Source: a virus
Length of the DNA: 64,000 bases
Virus record (IMG/VR): IMGVR_UViG_3300005288_000001
Location: 64,001 to 128,000 of that record
Strand: one strand, 5' to 3'
The number at the start of each line of letters is the position of its first letter. Positions within the stretch are counted from its first letter, which is position 1. The notes beneath the pieces are model-generated. The model was not told where the DNA came from. It did no database searches and saw only the letters and a program-made list of their open reading frames with translations. The position numbers and the translations under genes were made by a program. Positions 16,153-23,159 of this stretch are shown here, piece by piece.

Positions 16153-16404
16153 TTAGCAGTAAGAGCTGCTATTTCGCCAGCCCGGTTGTTCAAGTTGTTC
16201 GCGTTGCCAGTCTTCATACCACTCGGCATCTTCAGGTTGGATACCTGGCTTGCCTTCGTAATATCCTTCGATGGATTCGTCGTGTTCGAAACGGAAGGTC
16301 AGACCGAACTGCTTGGCGAGTTCTTCACACTCGTTTAGCAACGCGGTCACTTCTTCCATCTTGACAGCGATTAGGGCATTCGCTTGTTGTTCCGTCAATG
16401 ACAT
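16153..16404 (-). CDS. small acidic protein, paralog A, ends GWRNSSSYC
   Basis: AAGGA RBS before MSLTEQQANA; first gene after the promoter. Confidence 0.8.
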   Translation of the reverse strand: MSLTEQQANALIAVKMEEVTALLNECEELAKQFGLTFRFEHDESIEGYYEGKPGIQPEDAEWYEDWQREQLEQPGWRNSSSYC

Positions 16405-16426
16405 AGAGTCCTTGGTTAAGTTAATC

Positions 16427-16456
16427 AGCCTAAGCACTAATTTTACCTTTTGTCAA
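16427..16456 (-). promoter_or_regulatory. sigma70-type promoter TTGACA-N18-TAGGCT heading the accessory block
   Basis: Perfect -35 box immediately downstream of a terminator. Confidence 0.6.
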
Positions 16457-16467
16457 GGAGCAAATTG

Positions 16468-16490
16468 AAAAAGCGGCCGAAGCCGCTTTT
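16468..16490 (-). terminator. intrinsic terminator GCGGC-TTCG-GCCGC-TTTTT
   Basis: C(UUCG)G tetraloop hairpin typical of T4-like phages; T runs on both strands. Confidence 0.85.
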
Positions 16491-16491
16491 G

Positions 16492-16782
16492 TTAAGGAAT
16501 TAGAATACCGGAAGTCTGTTTAGTGTATTCTTTGATGAGAGCTCCTACAGGCTCTCCAATGGCCACAATACCATTGGGTGGAAACACTGCAACGTTCTTT
16601 TCAACGTATGGGAGGAACGGGATAAGACCCATCTGCAGCTCACCTTGTGGCGACCATTGAGTCTTTACCTCGAATGGATCGTTCAGTTGGAAACAACCAT
16701 CGGTCTCATGGGCGTTCCAGGCATTGGAAACCTTGCCGATAATTTCTTGACCAGTGGTCAGCTTAAGAATAATGTAGCTCAT
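16492..16782 (-). CDS. conserved T4-like small protein (Sm-like fold, KLTTGQEII)
   Basis: N-terminal KLxxGEEII-type motif, similar to 29464..29814. Confidence 0.65.
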   Translation of the reverse strand: MSYIILKLTTGQEIIGKVSNAWNAHETDGCFQLNDPFEVKTQWSPQGELQMGLIPFLPYVEKNVAVFPPNGIVAIGEPVGALIKEYTKQTSGILIP

Positions 16783-16873
16783 AGAATGTAATTAGGGTCC
16801 GGTTACCAGTTCCGGAAGGTTGTCTAGGCCACCTGGAGTAAGCACCTCATAACCGGTCCTAAGGCTATGTTCT

Positions 16874-17065
16874 TTATCCGTTAAGCTGTTCAGGCTTCGC
16901 GGTTGTTTCGTTCGATTCAGTAACAGGTGGCGCGACTTGCTTGTCGCCCTGAGTCTTGATCGAATGGATGATGCTGGCCACTTCACCATAAGGAAGTGAC
17001 GATAGTGCCTTCAGGACGGTGTTCGTCTCGTCGACATTAAGGTTGAGGTTTAGCATTTGTGTCAT
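16874..17065 (-). CDS. hypothetical protein
   Basis: Start MTQMLNL with AAGGAA RBS; CCTAAATA box at 17092-17099. Confidence 0.55.
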   Translation of the reverse strand: MTQMLNLNLNVDETNTVLKALSSLPYGEVASIIHSIKTQGDKQVAPPVTESNETTAKPEQLNG

Positions 17066-17483
17066 GTTCTTTCTTGGTATTTCCAATAGAGTATTTAGGA
17101 ACGAGAGTCCAGTTCACCTTTTCCTTGAATGAAACGATCTTAATCTGGTTCATAGGAGCCTGGGGAACAGCCTTGGTAGCGTCAACGATATATAGCAGAC
17201 CCCAATCTTGCAGAAGAACTGCGATCGAGTTTCGGCGCTCTACATCGTTGACGGAGATATCGGAAGCCTTAGAATCAAGATTGAATAGCTCCTTGAAGTG
17301 GACAATGTAATAGCGTCCTTGCTTATGGAGAATGTGACACGATTGAAACAGAGTTTGGTCCTTCTTGGACGCCACTCCGATTCGCGTCAGCGTTTCTCGA
17401 ATCTTCAAAAAGTTATCCGGAGTCGATAATGTAACCTCCAACATGGACGCAGGGGTCCATTCATAACGAACTGCTTCAGTCAT
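17037..17483 (-). CDS. regA: translational repressor RegA
   Basis: DNFLKIRETLTRIG, QSCHILHKQGRYYIVHFKELF. Confidence 0.95.
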   Translation of the reverse strand: MTEAVRYEWTPASMLEVTLSTPDNFLKIRETLTRIGVASKKDQTLFQSCHILHKQGRYYIVHFKELFNLDSKASDISVNDVERRNSIAVLLQDWGLLYIVDATKAVPQAPMNQIKIVSFKEKVNWTLVPKYSIGNTKKEHDTNAKPQP

Positions 17484-17863
17484 CTTCCACCTTTATCGTG
17501 CATCTGAGCGATACACTTTAATTGATCAGGCGTGAGGAGCTTCAAAATCTCCAAGGCTTTCGGCTCGGAAACAGTGTAGTGCTTCTTCACTAGCGCAACT
17601 TCGGCTGAGCTTTCCTTTTTCGCCCACTTAGAAAACCGTTTACGCTTTGAAACACTACTTAGTAGAAACTCGTACTGGAGCTTCTTGTCAAGGAAGGAGT
17701 ACCGATTCATTTCGTTGGCGTGCATGACCGTGTCCGGAAAGTAGGACAGGCCACGATTGACCATGAAAGGCAGATAGCCTTTCTCGCTATCCGGGTCTTC
17801 CTTGATTAAGTTCGTCTTCGAATCATTGATGGTGTTGAGCCAGTCGAATGGATTACTTGACAT
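17480..17863 (-). CDS. 62: clamp loader small subunit gp62
   Basis: PFDWLNTIN, YLPFMVNRGLS, ANEMN, RKRFSKWAK; start MSSNPF. Confidence 0.9.
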   Translation of the reverse strand: MSSNPFDWLNTINDSKTNLIKEDPDSEKGYLPFMVNRGLSYFPDTVMHANEMNRYSFLDKKLQYEFLLSSVSKRKRFSKWAKKESSAEVALVKKHYTVSEPKALEILKLLTPDQLKCIAQMHDKGGR

Positions 17864-18161
17864 CAAACCCCACTTTCTGCATTTCCGACAGCGAGGCATA
17901 GATATTCTTGCCAGGAAGGTTCAGCTTCACATGGGCAACCAATTCTTCCTTGGTCTTACCCTGACCCGCAAACTTTCCGTTCTGATCGTACGCATAGACA
18001 ATCCCGTTCTCTTCACGAGTCAGGGTGAGATGCGCCGTGTGGTACACCATTGACTCGAGAATCTCGTCCAGTTCTTCCTTTTGGGCAAGCCGAAACGATT
18101 TGTACGAATGGTATCCCCAAACAATTAGTCCGAAGCCGACGATGCAATAGAAGGTATTCAC
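17853..18161 (-). CDS. hypothetical protein with N-terminal TM helix
   Basis: Inserted between 44 and 62. Confidence 0.6.
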   Translation of the reverse strand: MNTFYCIVGFGLIVWGYHSYKSFRLAQKEELDEILESMVYHTAHLTLTREENGIVYAYDQNGKFAGQGKTKEELVAHVKLNLPGKNIYASLSEMQKVGFDVK

Positions 18162-19105
18162 TTGAACTCCACAGATGACATAATCTCAGTCATAGCTGCC
18201 ATGACATTGATTTCGGGGTCGGCCACGAACGCAGCCTTGTACTGGTAATCGGCAAGGATCAGGATCAGTTGAGGGATAGATGCCGGTACAAGAAGATCAA
18301 CAGACTTGTCGTAGAACATACGAAATAGAGCAGAAGTGTCCACATCGCTGTTCTTACCCACCCATTGTCGGACTTTGTTAAAAGCCTTCGCTCGAACGTT
18401 ATCAACCAGTTCTTTATACGATTCATCGCCAAGGTTCACCAGAATGCCAGCATCAATCTTTCCTGATACGGCATAGCTTTGCAGTTCGTTGAGGGTGCGA
18501 CGGAAGTCCGGAAAGTACTTCGTCACCAGTTCCGCCACTACTTTGGCGTCAAACTCAACACCCTCGGCCTTCAGAATTTCAGTGACGCGCTTGTGGAATT
18601 GCATTGCAATCTTGGGCTTGTCAGCGGCCGCAACCTTGAACGAAATAGTTGTGCAACGGCTGTGGATCGGTTCAATGATCTTTGCCTTTTGGTTACACGT
18701 CAGAATGAACGAGCAGTTGGAGCTAACCGCTTCCATCACCGCTCGGAGCGCTGGTTGGAACGAGTTCGGGTTAAGGCCGTCAGCCTCGTCAATAATAATG
18801 ACCTTCTTTGCATCAGTCAGGGAGACGGTCGTTGCGAAGCCCATGAGTTTCGTGCGAAGCGTATCAATGCCAGACTCTTCCGAGCCATTAATAAGCATGT
18901 AGTCTGCACCGAGTTCGTTACATAAGGCCAATGCAATTGTGGTCTTACCAACTCCCGCAGTTCCGGGTAGAAGGAGGGACGGGATGTTTCCTTTTGCTGC
19001 ATATTCCTTGAAGATGTTCTTGATGTTGGCGGGGAGAATGCAATCGTCAATTTTGCTGGGACGGTACTTTTGATACCAGACGAATTCTTTAGCGTTGTGA
19101 TCCAT
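18158..19105 (-). CDS. 44: clamp loader large subunit gp44
   Basis: KYRP, GTAGVGKTT, IDEAD, SRC, PDFRR. Confidence 0.95.
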   Translation of the reverse strand: MDHNAKEFVWYQKYRPSKIDDCILPANIKNIFKEYAAKGNIPSLLLPGTAGVGKTTIALALCNELGADYMLINGSEESGIDTLRTKLMGFATTVSLTDAKKVIIIDEADGLNPNSFQPALRAVMEAVSSNCSFILTCNQKAKIIEPIHSRCTTISFKVAAADKPKIAMQFHKRVTEILKAEGVEFDAKVVAELVTKYFPDFRRTLNELQSYAVSGKIDAGILVNLGDESYKELVDNVRAKAFNKVRQWVGKNSDVDTSALFRMFYDKSVDLLVPASIPQLILILADYQYKAAFVADPEINVMAAMTEIMSSVEFK

Positions 19106-19142
19106 AATGTAATAGAGTGAAAGTCAATTATACCGCAAACGA

Positions 19143-19430
19143 TTAGTCTTCGCCGCGTTCTTCCGGAGGCAGGTCTACAAAGAACTCGTCCGCGTAATCA
19201 TCGTCCAGAACACTGATTTGCAGCGACTCGGCCGTGCATTCAACCGGAACCTGGATGACGTCGTAGTGGAAACCATCACCGTCAACACCGATACCATTAT
19301 CGTAACACATCAGGTCCAGGTCATAAGCCTTCTGGAGCTTATCGATCAATTCTGAATTGAGTGAGTAGCGGGGATAGCTCGAGCCATCACCACCGTCGCT
19401 GGTCAGGACGTAAAGAGGTTTGGTTTTCAT
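19143..19430 (-). CDS. acidic hypothetical protein
   Basis: DGGDGS motif; lies between 45 and 44. Confidence 0.55.
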   Translation of the reverse strand: MKTKPLYVLTSDGGDGSSYPRYSLNSELIDKLQKAYDLDLMCYDNGIGVDGDGFHYDVIQVPVECTAESLQISVLDDDYADEFFVDLPPEERGED

Positions 19431-19437
19431 AATGTAT

Positions 19438-19527
19438 TCAATCAAAAAGAAGAACGAGGAAAAAGACTAAAAAGAGAAATAGGGCACCTGCCGCTATTCC
19501 TCCTAATAGCAACGCAAGCGCTGCCAC
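19438..19527 (-). CDS. 29-aa single-pass membrane peptide (GTG start; AALALLLGGIAAGALFLFLVFFLVLLFD)
   Basis: Read manually; accounts for the T-rich stretch after gene 45. Confidence 0.4.
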   Translation of the reverse strand: MAALALLLGGIAAGALFLFLVFFLVLLFD

Positions 19528-19532
19528 AATTC

Positions 19533-20192
19533 TTACTCGAAAGTCGAGTCAGCTTCAATCGCGATGAAGTATTCCAGTTCGCCGTTGACAGCCTTGAAAC
19601 GGCTAATCTTCTTCGAGCTAATGGAAACGTCATACGAGCCAGCGACCAGCTTCAGGTTTTCCACCTTCAGGTTTACGCGGAACGTTCCGGTAGCAGCGCC
19701 AATCTCGATGACCGACTGGTTCGAGGTTGCGTTCTTCTTATCGGATACGACCACCGACAGCTTCGAGCCGTCACCGACAATAGCCAAGTCACCACCACGG
19801 AGAACCGCACTGGTACGTTGAATCATGGCCAGGTCTTCTTGCGAGAGCGTGAAGTTGACTTCTGCCGTCGGGAAGGTAATCTTCTTGGTTGGAGTAACCA
19901 GAACCGAGCTATCGGCAGCGAAGTACTTGATCGAGTTCGAGCCTTCTTGGATCAGAACAAACTTCTCGGTGAAGGACAGTTCCGGTTCGTTGAAGAGGCT
20001 CAGGGCGCCCAGGAATTCGCTCAGGTCATAGATACCGAACTCAGCGTCGAAGGTCTCGGTCACGACTGCGGAAGCCATGATGTTCTTCTGTGCGCTGATA
20101 GTTGCGATTTCGTTACCCGGCTTCAGCAAGAGATTGCTGTTGATGCTAGCGAAGTTCTTGAAGCGGGCGAGGGTGTCTTTGGATAGTTTCAT
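19533..20192 (-). CDS. 45: sliding clamp gp45
   Basis: MKLSKDTL..FKNFASIN, FGIYDLSEFL, YFIAIE. Confidence 0.95.
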   Translation of the reverse strand: MKLSKDTLARFKNFASINSNLLLKPGNEIATISAQKNIMASAVVTETFDAEFGIYDLSEFLGALSLFNEPELSFTEKFVLIQEGSNSIKYFAADSSVLVTPTKKITFPTAEVNFTLSQEDLAMIQRTSAVLRGGDLAIVGDGSKLSVVVSDKKNATSNQSVIEIGAATGTFRVNLKVENLKLVAGSYDVSISSKKISRFKAVNGELEYFIAIEADSTFE

Positions 20193-20194
20193 AA

Positions 20195-20380
20195 TTAATT
20201 GGTTTCTTCAATGATAATGCGGCGGCTGGAGTGGATGAACTGCTCGGAGAGTTGGGTGGGATTGTTGAGCGAGGTAATCACGTCGTCAACCCATTCGCCA
20301 GCAGCGTTCTTCACTTGGACAATCAACTTCACCTTGTGAGTCGAGAGGTCCGCGTTTTCAATTCGTACTAGTTTTGTCAT
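20195..20380 (-). CDS. hypothetical protein
   Basis: MTKLVRIENADLSTHK; tightly packed. Confidence 0.55.
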   Translation of the reverse strand: MTKLVRIENADLSTHKVKLIVQVKNAAGEWVDDVITSLNNPTQLSEQFIHSSRRIIIEETN

Positions 20381-20702
20381 TTCGTTTCTTTGGCTTATAC
20401 TCCAACGGAGCATCAATTTTCGGTTTGGATTTAACGGGAAGTTTCGCGTCAGCCCTGTCGATCCAGTTCAGATTAATGGTCCAACCAGACCATTCAAAGA
20501 GTGCATCGACATAGGCGTCAGCACGGTCCTGTCCGCGACCGTATGAAAACTCATCTACTCTACGTATTTTACCGTTGACTTCAACGGTTACGTAGCGATA
20601 AGACTGCTGAAACTTCTTGTCCGTTTCCAGATAATGTGTGACGACATCAACCCGGACCGGCCCCGACTTTAGGACCAGGGATTCGGTCGAAATTTGCGGC
20701 AT
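20358..20702 (-). CDS. hypothetical protein
   Basis: Probable start MPQISTES; the upstream part of the track ORF overlaps the DUF5664 gene. Confidence 0.45.
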   Translation of the reverse strand: MPQISTESLVLKSGPVRVDVVTHYLETDKKFQQSYRYVTVEVNGKIRRVDEFSYGRGQDRADAYVDALFEWSGWTINLNWIDRADAKLPVKSKPKIDAPLEYKPKKRNDKTSTN

Positions 20703-21069
20703 CTCGGTTTCGCTTGGCGTCAGCGAGCTGGAGGTCGGCAATGAACTGGAGACAACAGATGGCGTGGGCCATGTGGTGGAGTCCAGTTTCTTGGTCGTAC
20801 GTTTGACCTTGCTTCCAGGCCCAGAGGTGGCGTTGGGCGGCGTCAAAGTATCGGTCGATACCGTTGGGGACTCGACGCCAGTTGTCGGGTTCGTATTTTT
20901 GCGCGCCAAAAGTCAGTACCTTAACGTTCTCTTCAAGAGCAAGTGGTGGCAGCAAGCCGTAAAGAAGTTTACCGGCATCGAACTTTCGTCCGCCGGTTGT
21001 TGCTGTTTGGGAGGCAGCAATCCGAGCGTTTGCTTGGCTCGGACTTTCCCCAGGGCGAAGCTCGATCAC
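20647..21069 (-). CDS. dATP/dGTP diphosphohydrolase-like protein (DUF5664)
   Basis: GRKFDAGK, FGAQKY..DNWR, DAAQRH, DQETGLHHMAHA. Confidence 0.85.
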   Translation of the reverse strand: MIELRPGESPSQANARIAASQTATTGGRKFDAGKLLYGLLPPLALEENVKVLTFGAQKYEPDNWRRVPNGIDRYFDAAQRHLWAWKQGQTYDQETGLHHMAHAICCLQFIADLQLADAKRNRDAANFDRIPGPKVGAGPG

Positions 21070-21314
21070 TTCGCCTGGAGACCCTTCTTGATTCGTTCAG
21101 CGCGGCAAAGACCGGTAGAAGCGAATCGCTTGTTGCGGCGAACCACAGTGGCGTTCCATGCCTTGATGTCTTCAGCAGCCTGAAGACGGGCCGGTGCCGT
21201 CAGTTCAGCCTTGGCATGCATACGCTCCTGGGCTGGCGAGAGGTGGTTGTTGTAAGGTGATGCGCCCAGACGGGCGACCAGCTTCTGAATCAGACTTGGT
21301 TTGATTTCGATCAT
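21066..21314 (-). CDS. hypothetical protein
   Basis: Overlap-coupled ORF. Confidence 0.5.
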   Translation of the reverse strand: MIEIKPSLIQKLVARLGASPYNNHLSPAQERMHAKAELTAPARLQAAEDIKAWNATVVRRNKRFASTGLCRAERIKKGLQAK

Positions 21315-21526
21315 GGCTTCACGGGTTGGATGGAGTACTCGACGATCGCGTGGCGACGCTTATTGATCGTTCGGGTGAGAGGCTTGGACACGATATTGAT
21401 ACCCATGTTTCGCAGGTAGTGAATGTGTCGGCCAGGGTTCTGGATGCCGTAGACCTTGGTAATGGTCGAGGCGGTGATCTTACGACCCTTTTGCAGGTCC
21501 TTAAGAAGGGAAGCGGTCATCGTCAT
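21311..21526 (-). CDS. small winged-HTH DNA-binding protein
   Basis: KITASTITKVYGIQNPGRHIHYLRNMGINI pattern. Confidence 0.65.
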   Translation of the reverse strand: MTMTASLLKDLQKGRKITASTITKVYGIQNPGRHIHYLRNMGINIVSKPLTRTINKRRHAIVEYSIQPVKP

Positions 21527-21538
21527 AATAAACTCCGG

Positions 21539-21928
21539 TTAAAAGGAAATACCAGCGGCCAGCAGCTCAGCTTCAAACTCAGCGTCGGATAAGGTACGTT
21601 CAGGTTTCAATTGTACTACGTCTTCGTCCGTAGCACAACCCTTCTTCGGCAACTGTTCCACCTTGGTGAAGTTGTCGATATCTTCCTGGGAAGCGAAAGG
21701 CACAAGGCCTTCCGACTCACCAGTCTTATTTTCAACAAAGACCCATCGTGGCCAGCCGATCTTTTCGCCGCCATTCTCACGAGCGGCCAGCAATTCGTGA
21801 TGAAGGGTCCTCACGAAGCTGGAAGAAACTACACCGGAAGGATCGCGGTTGGGGCGATACTTCGCAAGGATGATGCAATAACGTTGTTGCGCTTTGGACA
21901 GTTGTGCAAAGTTAGTACGAAGCATCAT
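21539..21928 (-). CDS. hypothetical protein
   Basis: AGGAG RBS; downstream of the AAA gene. Confidence 0.6.
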   Translation of the reverse strand: MMLRTNFAQLSKAQQRYCIILAKYRPNRDPSGVVSSSFVRTLHHELLAARENGGEKIGWPRWVFVENKTGESEGLVPFASQEDIDNFTKVEQLPKKGCATDEDVVQLKPERTLSDAEFEAELLAAGISF

Positions 21929-21937
21929 GATCTCCTA

Positions 21938-23098
21938 TTAGAACGGGCTAGACTTGCTGTAGTTTGCGGCGGTTGGGCGATTCGTTTGAGTCGCAGCCTT
22001 AACTGGCACCGGCGTCAGCTTATCGAACAATTCGATGAAAGCGTTCTTGGTGGACTTGTCGAAACGGTTGCAGCACAGTTCGATGGCCTTCTTCTTGTTA
22101 CGGAAGACAGCGTAAGCGCGAATCACGTGACCGATACGACGAGTCGTGATGGTTTCATCGACCGCACCGTCGTCAAACGACTTACGAACCGACTCTGCCC
22201 ACTTGGTCAGGGTAGTTGCGAACTCCTGATCATCGATACCGAAGGACTCGAGCAGGCGAACGATAATCTTGTTCTCGATCAGCGCTGCCGGATATTCCTG
22301 GTTGAAGGTAACTGCGAAACGTTCCAGGAATGCCTCATTCAGCACATTCGTACCGATGTAGCGGCCGTCATCCGAACCCTTACCCTTTGTATTGGCGGAA
22401 GCGATGATGTTGAAGCCTTCTGCCGGAATGATCACTTCATTCTTCAACTTGAAGTAATACGGCTTGCCTTCCAGAATAGGTTGTAAGCAAAGCAGAGTGT
22501 TAGCCGCGCCAGCGTCAACTTCGTCCAGGAGCAGGGTCGCGCCAGTACGCATCGCGATAAGCACCGGACCTTCCACGATTTCGACGTCACCGTTCTTCAG
22601 GGTCTTCGAACCAATCAGAACTTCCTCGTCAACCATCACGTTCAGGTTAATTCGGATAAGCGGCTTCTTGTGCTTCGAGCAGATTTGTTCCACCATCGTG
22701 GACTTGCCGTTACCGGTCGGGCCGGACACGTATGCCGGATAGAACAGATTCGACGCGATGATCGTTTCGAGGTCTTTGAAGTTGCCGAAGGGAACAAAGT
22801 TCGGGTCCTTCTTCGGAATCAGAGACTTCAGATCGAAGCCGGAAGCCTTGCTCATCGCCTCGATATCGTAGGCAACCTTTGAGTCGGTGGCCTTCGCGAA
22901 CGGATCGAGATCCTCGGGATTCGCCTGTGGTTCGGTCAGAGCACGAATTCGATCTTCGCTTTCGTAGTTCGTTACACGGGCCAGCGTCTTTTCGGCACCT
23001 TCCTTGGTCTTGGAACGGTGCACGACCGAGCCTTGGAAGTAAACGAAGTAACGTTGAGTTCCGGTGTCGTACTCAATACCAGTCTTATTTGGGTCCAT
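21938..23098 (-). CDS. CobS/MoxR-like AAA+ ATPase
   Basis: GPTGNGKS, LLLDEVD, ANTKGKGSDDGRYIGTNVLNEAFLERF. Confidence 0.9.
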   Translation of the reverse strand: MDPNKTGIEYDTGTQRYFVYFQGSVVHRSKTKEGAEKTLARVTNYESEDRIRALTEPQANPEDLDPFAKATDSKVAYDIEAMSKASGFDLKSLIPKKDPNFVPFGNFKDLETIIASNLFYPAYVSGPTGNGKSTMVEQICSKHKKPLIRINLNVMVDEEVLIGSKTLKNGDVEIVEGPVLIAMRTGATLLLDEVDAGAANTLLCLQPILEGKPYYFKLKNEVIIPAEGFNIIASANTKGKGSDDGRYIGTNVLNEAFLERFAVTFNQEYPAALIENKIIVRLLESFGIDDQEFATTLTKWAESVRKSFDDGAVDETITTRRIGHVIRAYAVFRNKKKAIELCCNRFDKSTKNAFIELFDKLTPVPVKAATQTNRPTAANYSKSSPF

Positions 23099-23130
23099 AT
23101 TTCTCCATGATAAAAATTCACACTCAGTCT

Positions 23131-23158
23131 ATTATAACCTAAGACTGATTATTGACAA
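23131..23158 (-). promoter_or_regulatory. sigma70-type promoter TTGTCA-N16-TATAAT
   Basis: Intergenic, upstream of the AAA gene and its GGAG RBS. Confidence 0.55.
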
Positions 23159-23159
23159 G

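Noticed and set aside
15710-16404. Possible selenocysteine or readthrough after the terminal Cys of the three paralogs
   Set aside because: All three stops are TAA, not TGA.
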